Shown here one piece after another: positions 39,609 to 51,942 of a stretch of DNA of 64,000 nt (positions are counted from its first letter, which is position 1; each line of letters opens with the position of its first letter). Source of the stretch: Rhizobium sp. Q54. Lineage in GTDB: Bacteria > Pseudomonadota > Alphaproteobacteria > Rhizobiales > Xanthobacteraceae. The translations under genes were made by a program, and so were the position numbers. A model generated the notes under the pieces. It worked only from the letters and a program-made list of their open reading frames with translations. It was not told where the DNA came from and did no database searches. The stretch lies in contig CAMAUC010000002.1 of NCBI GenBank assembly GCA_945861265.1, positions 48,035 through 112,034 on the forward strand, in the 5' to 3' direction.

Positions 39609-40496
39609 ATGGCTGCGCAATCCTACGACCGGCTCGAAGGCGTCATCTGGTACGACGGCAAGCTGGTGCCCTGGGCCGACGCCAATCTGCATGTGCTCAG
39701 CCATGGCCTGCACTACGCCAGCGCCGTGTTCGAAGGCGAGCGCGCCTATGGCGGCCAGATTTTCAAGTCGACCGAGCATTCGGAACGGCTGAAGCGTTCG
39801 GCCAATATCCTCGACTTCGAGATCCCCTTCTCGGTCGCCGAGATCGACGCCGCCAAGAAGCTCGTGGTCGACAAGAACGGCCGCAAGGAGGCTTACGTCC
39901 GTCCGATCGCCTGGCGCGGTTCGGAGATGATGGGCGTGTCGGCGCAGAACAACAAAATCCACCTCGCCATCGCCTCCTGGGAATGGCCGAGCTATTTCGA
40001 CCCCGAGCAGCGGCTCAAGGGCATCCGGCTCGATCTGGCGGAGTATCGCCGGCCCGATCCGCGCACCGCGCCGTGCCGCGCCAAGGCCGCCGGTCTCTAC
40101 ATGATCTGCACCATCTCCAAGCACGCGGCCGAGCGCAAAGGCTATGCCGACGCCATGATGCTGGACTGGGAAGGCCGCGTCGCCGAATGCACCGGCGCCA
40201 ATATCTTCTTCGTCCAGGACGGCAAGATTCACACGCCGATGGCCGACTGCTTCCTCGACGGCCTGACCCGGCAGACCGTGATCGGGCTCGCCAAAAAGCG
40301 CGGCATCGAAGTCATCGAGCGCCGCATCCTGCCCGATGAACTCACGTCCTTGGGCGAATGCTTCATCACCGGCTCGGCGGCGGAAGTCACCGCGGTGTCG
40401 GAGATCAAGGACTGGAAGTTCACGCCCGGCGCCATCACCAAACAGCTGATGGACGACTATACTGCCGAGGTGAAGCCGAAGGCGGCGGCGGCCTGA
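39609..40496 (+). CDS. ilvE: Branched-chain amino acid aminotransferase
   Basis: HGLHYASAVFEG, AKAAGLY, ECTGANIF, GSAAEVT. Confidence 0.95.
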   Translation: MAAQSYDRLEGVIWYDGKLVPWADANLHVLSHGLHYASAVFEGERAYGGQIFKSTEHSERLKRSANILDFEIPFSVAEIDAAKKLVVDKNGRKEAYVRPIAWRGSEMMGVSAQNNKIHLAIASWEWPSYFDPEQRLKGIRLDLAEYRRPDPRTAPCRAKAAGLYMICTISKHAAERKGYADAMMLDWEGRVAECTGANIFFVQDGKIHTPMADCFLDGLTRQTVIGLAKKRGIEVIERRILPDELTSLGECFITGSAAEVTAVSEIKDWKFTPGAITKQLMDDYTAEVKPKAAAA

Positions 40497-40520
40497 TCGG
40501 CCGGTGGCACAATCGCAATC

Positions 40521-40552
40521 AAGGCGGCGCCGTCACACGGCGCCGCTTTTTT
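40521..40552 (+). terminator. Rho-independent terminator
   Basis: gcggcgccg/cggcgccgc stem followed by T6. Confidence 0.85.
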
Positions 40553-40592
40553 GTTGGGCGGAACCATTTTCCTGCCGGTTGGTATTGAGGCC

Positions 40593-42104
40593 ATGAGCGA
40601 CAACCAGCAGCCGGTCATCGATTTCCTCACCGACCCGGCGACGCATGGCGGCGGCACCGTCAAGCGTATCGATACCCACGCAGCGTCGGTGTTTCTCTCC
40701 GGCCAGCGCGCGCTCAAGATCAAGCGCGCGGTGCGTTTTCCCTTTCTCGATTTTTCCACGCTGGACAAGCGCAAGGCCGCCTGCGACGCCGAGATCGAGG
40801 TCAACCGGCTTTATGCGCCCGCCATTTATCGCGGCGTCGTCGCCATCACCCGCACCGCCGACGGCAAGCTTGCGATTGCCGGTAAGGGCGACCCGGTGGA
40901 ATGGGCCGTCGAGATGGCCCGTTTCGACGAGACCCAGACACTCGATCATCTCGCCGACAACGGCCACATCGATGCGGCGCTGGCGGATCAACTGGGCCGC
41001 GCCGTCGCCACAGCGCACGCCGTTGTGCCGGTCGTCAAAAATGCCGGCTTTGCCGACACACTCGCCGAGATCATTGAGCAGAACCACGGCGAATTGCGCG
41101 CGGTGCCCGACCTGTTCGCGGCCGAAAACGTCGATGCCCTCACCGCCGCAAGCCGGTCGGCGCTCGCTCGTTTGCGCCCGTTGCTCACCGCGCGCGAACG
41201 CGACGGTTGCGTGCGGCGCTGTCACGGCGACCTGCATCTCGGCAATATCGTTCTGATCGACAAGGCGCCGGTGCTGTTCGACGCCATCGAATTCAACCCG
41301 ACGCTCGCCACCATCGATGTGTTCTACGATCTCGCTTTCCTGCTGATGGACCTGATCGAGCGTGACCTCGTTGACGCCGCCAACAGCGTACTCAACCGCT
41401 ATCTGGCCGAGAGCAAGCGCGACAGCGATCTCGATGCTCTCGGCGCTTTGCCACTGCTTATGTCGTTGCGCGCGGCGATCCGCGCCAAGGCCACCGCCGC
41501 CCGTCCGCAACGTGATGCCACGATGGACAAAAGTGCGCGCGATTATTTCGCGCTGGCGCAAAGACTGCTAGCACCACCACAGCCTCGATTGATCGCGGTC
41601 GGCGGCCTGTCCGGCACCGGCAAGTCGGTCCTGGCGCGCGCACTGGCGTCTGCCATCATGCCACTGCCCGGCGCGATCCATTTGCGCAGCGACGTGATGC
41701 GCAAAGCCATGTTCGGCGTGGCGGAAACCGAACGCCTGCCGGCTTCCGCCTATGCGCCGGAAGTCACGGCGAAGGTTTATCCCGCATTGGCCGCGCAGGC
41801 GCGCCGCGTGCTCGCCGCCGGTCATTCGGCGATTGTCGACGCAGTCTTTGCCCGGCCGGCCGAACGCGACGCTATAGCGCAGGCGGCGTCCGGCGCGCGC
41901 TTCCTGGGCCTGTTCCTGACCGCCGATCTCGACGTCCGCGTCACCCGCGTCGGCGCCCGCAGCGGCGATGCCTCCGACGCCGATGCGGCAATCGCGCTTG
42001 CTCAGGAGCGATATGATCTCGGCACGCTGGATTGGCAGGAGATCGATGCCTCGGGCACGCCGGATGAAGCGCTGCGGCGCGGCAAGACAGGGATCGGCTT
42101 GTAG
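40593..42104 (+). CDS. Aminoglycoside-phosphotransferase-like kinase fused to an AAA_33 P-loop domain
   Basis: IDTHAASVFL, RRCHGDLHLGNI, FDAIEFN, GGLSGTGKS. Confidence 0.9.
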   Translation: MSDNQQPVIDFLTDPATHGGGTVKRIDTHAASVFLSGQRALKIKRAVRFPFLDFSTLDKRKAACDAEIEVNRLYAPAIYRGVVAITRTADGKLAIAGKGDPVEWAVEMARFDETQTLDHLADNGHIDAALADQLGRAVATAHAVVPVVKNAGFADTLAEIIEQNHGELRAVPDLFAAENVDALTAASRSALARLRPLLTARERDGCVRRCHGDLHLGNIVLIDKAPVLFDAIEFNPTLATIDVFYDLAFLLMDLIERDLVDAANSVLNRYLAESKRDSDLDALGALPLLMSLRAAIRAKATAARPQRDATMDKSARDYFALAQRLLAPPQPRLIAVGGLSGTGKSVLARALASAIMPLPGAIHLRSDVMRKAMFGVAETERLPASAYAPEVTAKVYPALAAQARRVLAAGHSAIVDAVFARPAERDAIAQAASGARFLGLFLTADLDVRVTRVGARSGDASDADAAIALAQERYDLGTLDWQEIDASGTPDEALRRGKTGIGL

Positions 42105-42234
42105 CTAGCCATGCGCCCAGCGGTGCGCAGCCCTCGGCCTTTTCCGCTTGGCGTCAATGGCAAAATCGATGCATAGCTTGCGGTGACGCACCTTCCGCCT
42201 CGCCCAGCGGGTTCCCGCCAATGAGTCTTGCGCT

Positions 42235-43443
42235 ATGAGAACTGCGCCCCGCTTTCGTCTGACTGCGCGCCAATGGGCGGTCGGGCTCGCCGGCTATTGC
42301 ACCTTCGTCAATCTCTATTCGCCGCAGGCGATCCTGCCGCTGCTGTCGGTCGAGTTCGGCGCCGGCGCCGCCGAGATTTCCACCATCATGACGGCAAGCA
42401 CCTTGGCCGTGGCCTTGACCGCGCCGTTCACCGGCACCGTCGCCGACGTGCTCGGCCGCAAGCGGGTCATCGTCACCGCCATGCTGCTGCTCGGCTTGCC
42501 GACCCTGATGTGTGCTTTGGCGCCGAACCTGCACGCTTTGGTGTTCTGGCGTTTCGTGCAGGGTCTGGTAATGCCGCCGGTCTTCGCCGTCACCATCGCC
42601 TATATCGGCGACGAATGGGAGCCGCACGAGGCGACCGCGGCCGCTGGTGTCTATACCTCCGGCGCCAGCATCGGCGGCTTCAGCGGACGCTTTATCACCG
42701 GCGTGCTCTCCGACGTCATTGGCTGGCGCTATGCGCTCGATTGCATTGCGCTGATGACGCTCGCCGGCGGCATTGCCGTGCTGTTCCTGCTGCCGCGCGA
42801 GAGAAAATTCATCCGCTCGGAAGGTCTGGTTGCCTCCGGCAAACAGATGCTGCAACACTTCCGCAACAAGCAACTGTTGGCGACCTACGCGGTCGGCTTC
42901 GGCGTGCTGTTCTGCTTCGTCTCTACTTTCACCTACATCAACTTCCGTCTCGCCGCGCCGCCCTACAATCTGTCCGCGACTTGGCTGGGCGTGATCTTCT
43001 TCGTCTATCTGGTCGGCTCCGGACTGGTGCCGATGGCCGGCTGGGCGGTGGGCCGTTTCGGCCGCCGGCGCTTCATGATTCCAGTGATGGGTCTCTGGAT
43101 CGGCGGCGTCTTGTTGACCTTATCGGGACCGCTCTGGCTGATCGTCCTCGGTCTCACCATCTGCGCCAGTTGCGGACTGATTTGCCAGGCGATCTCGACC
43201 GGCTACGTTACCATCACCGCCAAGGCCGGCCGCTCCTCGGCTGTGGGGCTCTATGTCACGAGCTTCTATATCGGCGGCAGTTTCGGCGCGGCGATCGGCG
43301 GCTTTGCCTGGATCGTCGGCGGCTGGCCGGCCTGCGTGGCGATGATTGTCGCGATCCAGCTCGGCATGAGCGCGATCGTCTATTTTGCCTGGGCGCACCG
43401 TGTGCCGCCAGCGCTAGCGATCACGCCGGTCGAGCCGCTGTGA
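42235..43443 (+). CDS. MFS transporter (YnfM-like)
   Basis: LYSPQAILP, ADVLGRKRV, YIGDEW, GGFSGR. Confidence 0.9.
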   Translation: MRTAPRFRLTARQWAVGLAGYCTFVNLYSPQAILPLLSVEFGAGAAEISTIMTASTLAVALTAPFTGTVADVLGRKRVIVTAMLLLGLPTLMCALAPNLHALVFWRFVQGLVMPPVFAVTIAYIGDEWEPHEATAAAGVYTSGASIGGFSGRFITGVLSDVIGWRYALDCIALMTLAGGIAVLFLLPRERKFIRSEGLVASGKQMLQHFRNKQLLATYAVGFGVLFCFVSTFTYINFRLAAPPYNLSATWLGVIFFVYLVGSGLVPMAGWAVGRFGRRRFMIPVMGLWIGGVLLTLSGPLWLIVLGLTICASCGLICQAISTGYVTITAKAGRSSAVGLYVTSFYIGGSFGAAIGGFAWIVGGWPACVAMIVAIQLGMSAIVYFAWAHRVPPALAITPVEPL

Positions 43444-43447
43444 GGCC

Positions 43448-44044
43448 TCACGCCGCCGAGGAATGCCAGAGCGGCTGGTAGCCCATTTTCAACACAGCGA
43501 CGATGGACGGCGGCGTCAGGACATCGACGTCAATGCGATTCCGCCGCGGACGCTTTTCGTCATAGCCATCCGGCGTCCAGCGCAACAGGTGCTTGCCGCG
43601 TACGGCGAAAACCTCTTCGCCAAATGCAATCATGGCGCCGTCCGGCAATGCGCCGAGTGCGCGGCGATGCCGACGCTTGGCTTTGCCAGCGAGCCGCTCG
43701 CCATGCAGTACGGCGTCCATCGCGGACGCCTTGTGCGCGCCGGGAAACATGGCCGCGAAGGCGATCGCGTCCTTGCGCCGGCATTCGAAGCACGGCCGGT
43801 GCCCGGCGGCGAATGCCGTCACCTCGTCGAGAAAGAACAGTTCGCTGTAGCTGTCGCCCCAGACCTTGCGGTGGCGGTTGTTGAAGTCGAGCTTGCAGCA
43901 GATCCATTGCTTCGACGCCCAGCGCCGTGCGCCCAGTTTGCGCCGCGCATCGTGCAGCCGCCCGCCGCGATTGCCCATCAGCAAGCCGCGCACGGGCGCA
44001 ATCGTCAGGTCGCCGAAGGGCGTGACTCTATTTTGCAAGGTCAT
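43448..44044 (-). CDS. Conserved hypothetical protein with an Ada-like Cys motif
   Basis: LQNRVTPFG, MGNRGG, YSELFFLDEVTAFAAGHRPCFECRR. Confidence 0.85.
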   Translation of the reverse strand: MTLQNRVTPFGDLTIAPVRGLLMGNRGGRLHDARRKLGARRWASKQWICCKLDFNNRHRKVWGDSYSELFFLDEVTAFAAGHRPCFECRRKDAIAFAAMFPGAHKASAMDAVLHGERLAGKAKRRHRRALGALPDGAMIAFGEEVFAVRGKHLLRWTPDGYDEKRPRRNRIDVDVLTPPSIVAVLKMGYQPLWHSSAA

Positions 44045-44062
44045 TGAGGCGCTATAGTACGG

Positions 44063-44374
44063 CTAAAGCCCGAACGCGAAAGCCCCGGCGGCGACGGCGA
44101 CGCCGGCCAGCACCGCGAAGAAATCGCGGCGGACGACGATCATCACCAGCGCGGTCGCGGAAAGCGCGACGATTGCGCGCGGTCCGCCCTGCACCAGAGT
44201 CGGCACCACCGTCGCCGCGATAATCGAACCGGGCAGAGCGTCAAGCATCCGGCGCAAGCGCGGCCCGATGACGAGGCGGCCGATCAGCCAGTAGCCGGCG
44301 ATGCGGGTGACGTAGACGACCGCGGTCATGGCCGCCAGCACGACGAAAAAGCCGAAGGCGTCCTTCTCAATCAT
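44063..44374 (-). CDS. azlD: AzlD-family membrane protein
   Basis: VYVTRIAGYW, LDALPGSII; follows azlC. Confidence 0.8.
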   Translation of the reverse strand: MIEKDAFGFFVVLAAMTAVVYVTRIAGYWLIGRLVIGPRLRRMLDALPGSIIAATVVPTLVQGGPRAIVALSATALVMIVVRRDFFAVLAGVAVAAGAFAFGL

Positions 44375-45128
44375 CGTTGAACACTCCGGCGAAACAGCCG
44401 GCCAGCGTACCGACGATGAGATACCAGAAACCGCCGAACAGAAAATCGGTGGCGAGCGCCGCCACGCCGCCGACGATGAGGCCATAGGAACGGCGCGGGC
44501 CGCGCCACAGCGGCACCAGCATGGCGACAAAGAATGCCGGCATCACCAGGTCGATACCGAACTGCTTCGGATTTCCCACCGACGCCCCGGCGATGAAGCC
44601 GGGGATCGCCATCGTCACCCAGGTCACGTACATCGCCACGCCGCCGCCGAGCATGTGCGCGGGGTCGCGTCCGCCCTTGCTGTAATAGCGCAGCGACATC
44701 AGCCAAGGCGGCTCGACCAGAAAAAACAGCGTCGGATAGACTTTGCGCGCCGGCTCGCCGCCGAGCAGCGGCCGCAACGTCGCGCCAATCATGATGTAGC
44801 GCGCGTTGACCAGGGCGGTCAGGGCCAGAATTCCCGCGACGCTGGCGACGGTGAGTGTCTCTGGCCAGCTGTCCAGCACGACCATCTGCACCACACCGGC
44901 GAAAACCGTGGCGCTCATCAACAGCGTTTCAAATAGCGTCATGCCCTTGCGCGCCGCGACCGTGCCATAGGCCATGGCAAAGCCGGTTATACCGGGCACG
45001 AAGGGCAACACGTCGAGCGCGCCGCGCCGGAAGCCGGCGAAGGTCCAGCGCGCCGTCTCGGGATTGGCCGTGTCTGGATTGGCCTTGTCGGGATTGGTAT
45101 CGGCGGGATTCGTTTCGGGCGATGTCAT
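44367..45128 (-). CDS. azlC: AzlC-family permease
   Basis: MSATVFAGVVQ, VNARYIMIG, FGIDLVMPAFF. Confidence 0.88.
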   Translation of the reverse strand: MTSPETNPADTNPDKANPDTANPETARWTFAGFRRGALDVLPFVPGITGFAMAYGTVAARKGMTLFETLLMSATVFAGVVQMVVLDSWPETLTVASVAGILALTALVNARYIMIGATLRPLLGGEPARKVYPTLFFLVEPPWLMSLRYYSKGGRDPAHMLGGGVAMYVTWVTMAIPGFIAGASVGNPKQFGIDLVMPAFFVAMLVPLWRGPRRSYGLIVGGVAALATDFLFGGFWYLIVGTLAGCFAGVFNDD

Positions 45129-45171
45129 GGGGTAACAGCGCTATCGCAGCCGCGCCCGGCGGGGAAGCCAC

Positions 45172-45217
45172 AAAAAAAAACGCCCGCCATGTTCTCTTTA
45201 AGAGTTTGCGGCGGGCG
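45172..45217 (-). terminator. Rho-independent terminator after ftsH
   Basis: cgcccgcc/ggcgggcg stem followed by T9 on the minus strand. Confidence 0.85.
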
Positions 45218-45241
45218 CTTCAGGTCGTTGCAGCGACGGCT

Positions 45242-47167
<1,926 letters not shown>

Positions 47168-47312
47168 GGAGCGTTCCTACTCCGCGGCGCATGGCGCCAG
47201 CGGCCCTTGTCTGTTCGCGTGATTTGCCGATTAGCTCGGGGTCTTGTCGTCCGTCCCGAAACCAATGTAGGCACCGCAAGCCCGCATGGAAAGGGCTCGA
47301 ATCCGAGATATC

Positions 47313-48404
47313 CTAGCGCGTTTTCCGGCCCTTGGCGCGTCCAGGCCGCGCTTTGGTTAAGGCTTTTGGCCGGGCCATGCGACGCGCCGGCGCCCGCTCC
47401 ACCACGATTTTACCGCCACTCTTGTCGCCGGTCAGTGTCACAATCGCCCCGGCCAGGCTGCGGCGGAACGGTTTGCCGGCATTTTTGGCAGTATCCAGGG
47501 CCACTTTGAGCGTCTCCAGCTTGGCCAATTCGACCGGCCCCTCATTTCCCACCGCGGCAATCGCCCGGCCCAGCAGGCGGAGCACGATTTCGTCCGGCAT
47601 GAAGCCGTATTTGACGCGGTCGTAGGCCACGGTCCCGGGGGCGGATTTGACGCTCAACATGTCTGCCGTCTCCGTGGCCATCGCCGCCAGAGCCGCTTCC
47701 GCCCGCCCCAGCCTGCGCGCCAGCAGCGCCAGACGGCCGGCATCGAGCCCCTCCTCGGCCAACTGCGGCATCAGGCCGCGCAGCCGCGCGCGCGTAAACT
47801 GCACATCGCGGTTGGTGGGGTCGTCGGCGAAGGGGGTGTCTTCAGCACGAAGCGTGGCGATCAGCCGCGCCTTCGGGATGTCGAGCAAAGGACGCACGAG
47901 AGAAATCCCGCCGCCCGTCGGCATGTCCGACGTCTTCTGCATCGCCGCCAATCCGGTCAGGCCGCTGCCACGCATCAGACGAATGATCACCGTCTCGGCC
48001 TGATCGTCGAGCGTGTGCGCAGTGAGGACATGAGAGGCGCCGACCTTGCGCGCCGCATTCGCGAGCAGGCGATAGCGCGCGTTGCGCGCGGCCTGCGGCA
48101 ATCCGGCTTTCGGTTTCTTGCCGGTCCAGCGCAAGGTGCGGTGCGCGATGCCAAGCATTTTTGCGAGTCGCGCGACGTCGCGCGCTTCGCGGCGAGACTC
48201 CGGACGCAAGCCATGATCGACGGTGATTGCGGTCAATCCGGGACCGCGCTTGAGCGTGGCACGCCAGCGCGCGGCCAGCACCATCAGCGCCGTCGAATCC
48301 GGGCCGCCGGAAACGGCAAGCACGAGCGCCGGCGCGTCGATGAGATCGGAAAATAACGCGGCGGCTTCCGCCGGCGAGACGCTTGATACTTCAGGCGCGG
48401 GCAT
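47313..48404 (-). CDS. tilS: tRNA(Ile)-lysidine synthetase
   Basis: AVSGGPDSTAL, VDHGLRPES, TAHTLDDQAET, DDPTN. Confidence 0.96.
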   Translation of the reverse strand: MPAPEVSSVSPAEAAALFSDLIDAPALVLAVSGGPDSTALMVLAARWRATLKRGPGLTAITVDHGLRPESRREARDVARLAKMLGIAHRTLRWTGKKPKAGLPQAARNARYRLLANAARKVGASHVLTAHTLDDQAETVIIRLMRGSGLTGLAAMQKTSDMPTGGGISLVRPLLDIPKARLIATLRAEDTPFADDPTNRDVQFTRARLRGLMPQLAEEGLDAGRLALLARRLGRAEAALAAMATETADMLSVKSAPGTVAYDRVKYGFMPDEIVLRLLGRAIAAVGNEGPVELAKLETLKVALDTAKNAGKPFRRSLAGAIVTLTGDKSGGKIVVERAPARRMARPKALTKARPGRAKGRKTR

Positions 48405-48424
48405 GATCAATCATGCCCCACCGC

Positions 48425-49576
48425 TCAGCATTTCGCACGCTTGATTTCCTGCTCGACGCCGCGCTTCACGCTGGCGGAGGCTTTCGGATATTTGCGGCCG
48501 ACCTCGCTCAAGGTGGCGCAGGCGGCTTCCTTCTGGTTCATCGCCGCCAGCGACTGGCCGAGACGCAGCAATGAATCCGGCGCCTTGCCGGCGCGCTCAT
48601 ATTTGGTCGAGACCGCGAGGAAGGATTCGGCGGCGTCGCGGTAGCGCTGGCGCTGATACAGGCTCTCGCCGAGCCAGTATTGCGCATCCGGCAGCAGACG
48701 TTCGTTCGGATACTTCTTGAGGAAATCGCGAAAGGCCTGTTCGGCCAGCGCGTAGTCCTTGTGCAGGATATAGCCATAGGCCATGTCGTATTCATCCTGC
48801 GGCGAAGCCGATGGCGGCAGCGTCGCAAGCCTGGTGTCCGCCGGGGGGTTCGAGGTGGCGTTGCGCACCGGACCTGCCGGCGGTTGCGCGGCATTCGACG
48901 CCGAGGCCATCACCGGCGGGTTCATGACCGGCGGCACCGGCAAGCCCGCGCCCGGAACATTCGCCTGCGCATTGGCCGGCGGCGGATTGCCCGACAAGGT
49001 CGACAGGTCGAGCGGCGCACCGGCTTCGCGGCCGCCGGGTGCGCCGACCGGCGGGACGTTCTGCGTGGCCGGATTGCCATTCGATGACAGGTTGCCGAGC
49101 ATCCGCGGCGCGCCCGGCGCTTCCGGCTGCTGCGACGGATCGAACACGTCGGAGCGTCGCCCGGACGGCGCTGCCGGGATCTGACCGTTCTGCGGCGTTG
49201 CGCGCGGCGGCAGTGCCGGCGTCGCGGCCGAAGGCTGCGGCGGCGCCACCGCGCCGCCTTGCTGCAACGCTTTGACCTGCGTTTCGAGCTGCTGGTTGCG
49301 GTATTGCAATTGCTCGATCGTGCCGGTCAATTGCCGCAACGCGTTTTCCAGCCGGTCGAGCCGCACGGTGAGTTCGGCCGCATCGCCGGGATCAGCCTGC
49401 GCCACCGGCTCGCCCCGGCCGCGAGACGCTGGCGCGTTTTGCCCTTCGCCGCGCGAGAACAAGTTATCGAGAAAGCCGGGGCCGCGATCGCGCTCTTGCG
49501 CCGTCGCCGCGCCGGCGAAAGCCAGAACGCAAAATGCGGCCAGAAATCCGCTGCGGAGAAATGTTTGTCGCGTCAT
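48425..49576 (-). CDS. cpoB: Tol-Pal system protein CpoB/YbgF
   Basis: Coiled coil plus TPR: AQYWLGESLY, KAPDSLLRLG; downstream of pal. Confidence 0.93.
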   Translation of the reverse strand: MTRQTFLRSGFLAAFCVLAFAGAATAQERDRGPGFLDNLFSRGEGQNAPASRGRGEPVAQADPGDAAELTVRLDRLENALRQLTGTIEQLQYRNQQLETQVKALQQGGAVAPPQPSAATPALPPRATPQNGQIPAAPSGRRSDVFDPSQQPEAPGAPRMLGNLSSNGNPATQNVPPVGAPGGREAGAPLDLSTLSGNPPPANAQANVPGAGLPVPPVMNPPVMASASNAAQPPAGPVRNATSNPPADTRLATLPPSASPQDEYDMAYGYILHKDYALAEQAFRDFLKKYPNERLLPDAQYWLGESLYQRQRYRDAAESFLAVSTKYERAGKAPDSLLRLGQSLAAMNQKEAACATLSEVGRKYPKASASVKRGVEQEIKRAKC

Positions 49577-49646
49577 GTGAGGTGATATCCGGTTGCCGTC
49601 TTTTGGCGGGACAGCAGTAGCATAAGATCGCCGGTGTCGGAATTGT

Positions 49647-49758
49647 GACTAGAGCCTTTCCGGCTTTGATGGAATCAAAGCCGGAAAGGCTCTAGTCTTT
49701 TGTTTTGTCGCGTTTTCTTCACGCGAACCGGTACTCACTTCGCTCGAAAACGCTTTAG
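49647..49758. repeat. RIME-like composite palindrome
   Basis: Perfect 24-bp IR gactagagcctttccggctttgat-gga-atcaaagccggaaaggctctagtc, then ttcacgcgaaccggtactcacttcgctcgaaaacgc. Confidence 0.8.
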
Positions 49759-49778
49759 GCGGGCGTCCAGAAAGCGAA

Positions 49779-49802
49779 ATGCCCGGCCTGATGGCCGGGC
49801 AT
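49779..49802 (-). terminator. Hairpin after pal
   Basis: atgcccggcc-tgat-ggccgggcat. Confidence 0.6.
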
Positions 49803-49828
49803 GACACCTTGCTTTGACGCGATGCGCT

Positions 49829-50329
49829 TCACGACCCGGCGTTGAGCACCGTGACCGCGCGGCGGTTCTGCGACCAGCACGAGATGTCGTTGCAGACCGC
49901 GACCGGCCGTTCCTTGCCGTAGGAGATTGTCTTAATGCGGCTGGCCTGGATGCCGCGCGAGATTAGATAGTCGCGCGCCGCCTGCGAGCGGCGGGCGCCG
50001 AGCGCAATGTTGTATTCGCGCGTGCCGCGTTCGTCGGCATGGCCCTCGACCGTGAACCTGTACTGGCCATGAGCGGTCAACCACTGCGCCTGCTTGTCGA
50101 GCGTCGCGCGCGAGGTCCCGGTCAGTTCGGTTGAATCGGACTCGAAGAACACACGGTCGCCGACATTGACTACGAAATCCTGCTGGCTGCCGGGCGACGC
50201 GGCCCCGGCCGCGGAAGTGCCCGGCGTAGTGCTGTCGGCCACCTGATTGGCGCAGGCGGATATCGCCAGCGCCAGTCCAAGGACGCCCGCGATGCGCATG
50301 CCGCGCAAAATAGTTCCGATCTCGATCAT
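49829..50329 (-). CDS. pal: Peptidoglycan-associated lipoprotein
   Basis: Lipobox ISAC; GDRVFF, EGHADERGTREYNIALGARR, SYGKERP. Confidence 0.97.
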   Translation of the reverse strand: MIEIGTILRGMRIAGVLGLALAISACANQVADSTTPGTSAAGAASPGSQQDFVVNVGDRVFFESDSTELTGTSRATLDKQAQWLTAHGQYRFTVEGHADERGTREYNIALGARRSQAARDYLISRGIQASRIKTISYGKERPVAVCNDISCWSQNRRAVTVLNAGS

Positions 50330-50610
50330 TACCGTGACTCCATAGTCGCGCATTGAGTGAAACCTGCGCGCCGCGTGGCCTTCGAGAGCCGCACAGCCCT
50401 CTCGACTACCAGCGGGTTGGTTAAGCCAACCTTCCATCAACCTTGATGAAGCCTTGCGCAAGCCCGTTAAACCCGTCGCACTCTGCCGAACCGCCGCTCT
50501 TGGTTAAGAGCCAGTGAATAAGACTTTGATTAGACTCACAATATTCGTTCCGCCCGCCGGTTCCCGGCTCTTGTAGGATAATTTGCTGCCGGCACCGCCA
50601 AAACCGAATC

Positions 50611-51942
50611 TTACGACAATAATGGCGACCAAGCGGGGTCGGACGCAAGGCTTGGGGTCGGAATTTTCAGTTCATTGCGGCCGGTAATGTCGATCGTGAA
50701 AAGCGACGGCCCCTGCCCCAGGTCGCGGAAGAACATCAGAACGCGGCCGTTCGGCGCGAAAGTCGGGCCCTCATTGTGGTATCCCGATGTCAACAGCCGC
50801 TCGCCCGACCCGTCCGGCTTGAGCACGCCGATCGAGAACTGGCCCTTCGCCTGGCCGGTGAAGGCGATGAAATCGCCGCGCGGCGACCATACCGGCGTCG
50901 AGTGATTGCCTTCGCCAAAGGAGATGCGCTGCGCCAGCCCGCCGGTCGCCGGCATCACATAGATCTGCTGGCTGCCGCCGCGGTCGCTCTCGAAGCAGAT
51001 GAATTTACCGTCCGGCGAGTAGCACGGGCCGGTATCGATCGCCGGCGTATCGGTCAGCCGCGTCGTCTGCTTGGACCGCAGGTCCATCACGAACAGATTG
51101 GAATTGGCGCCCTGCTGCAGGCTCATGATTATGCGCTGGCCGTCCGCCGAAAAGCGCGGCGCGAAGGTCATGCCCGGGAAATTGCCGACAATCTCGCGCT
51201 GGCCGGTCTCGATGTTGAGGAGGTAAACCCGCGGGTCGGACTGCCCGTAGGACATATAGGTGATTTCCTGCGACGACGGGTTGAAGCGCGGCGTCAGCAC
51301 CAGATCGTCGCCGCGCGTCAGATAACGCGTGCCGACGCCGTCCTGATCCATGATCGCCAGCCGCTTGATGCGCCGCTCCTTCGGGCCGGTCTCGTCGACG
51401 AAGACGATGCGGCTGTCGAAATAGCCCTTCTCGCCGGTCAGCGTCTGGTAGATCGCATCCGAAATGATGTGCGCGATCCGGCGCGAATTATCGGACGTGG
51501 TGAAATATTGTTTGCCGTCGAGTTGCTGGCCAGCGAACACATCCCACAAGCGGAACTCAGCCTTCAGACGGCCGTCCGGCTGCTTGGTGATGCGGCCGGT
51601 CACCAGCGCCTGCGCGTTGATGACTCGCCAGTCGGCGAAGCGCGGCACAGTGTCGGAATTGGTGATCTTCTCGGTGAAGGCGGCCGGGTTGATCGGCGCG
51701 AACAGGCCGCTGCGCTGCAGATTGCCGGAGATGATCGAGGTGACGTTGCGCGCGACTTCGGATTCGGTCGGCGAACCGGCGACGAATTCGGGCAAGGCGA
51801 TCGGCATCGGCTGCGGATTGCCCTGCGTGATCTCGAGCCGCAGCGCGGCCGAGGCCGGACGAGTTGCGACCGCCGCCAGGGCGCCGGCTCCGGCGCCGAC
51901 CAGAAGCCGGCGGCGGTTCAATGCGAATTTGCCAATGTTCAT
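50611..51942 (-). CDS. tolB: Tol-Pal beta-propeller protein TolB
   Basis: [21 protein letters not shown]40 repeats. Confidence 0.97.
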   Translation of the reverse strand: MNIGKFALNRRRLLVGAGAGALAAVATRPASAALRLEITQGNPQPMPIALPEFVAGSPTESEVARNVTSIISGNLQRSGLFAPINPAAFTEKITNSDTVPRFADWRVINAQALVTGRITKQPDGRLKAEFRLWDVFAGQQLDGKQYFTTSDNSRRIAHIISDAIYQTLTGEKGYFDSRIVFVDETGPKERRIKRLAIMDQDGVGTRYLTRGDDLVLTPRFNPSSQEITYMSYGQSDPRVYLLNIETGQREIVGNFPGMTFAPRFSADGQRIIMSLQQGANSNLFVMDLRSKQTTRLTDTPAIDTGPCYSPDGKFICFESDRGGSQQIYVMPATGGLAQRISFGEGNHSTPVWSPRGDFIAFTGQAKGQFSIGVLKPDGSGERLLTSGYHNEGPTFAPNGRVLMFFRDLGQGPSLFTIDITGRNELKIPTPSLASDPAWSPLLS

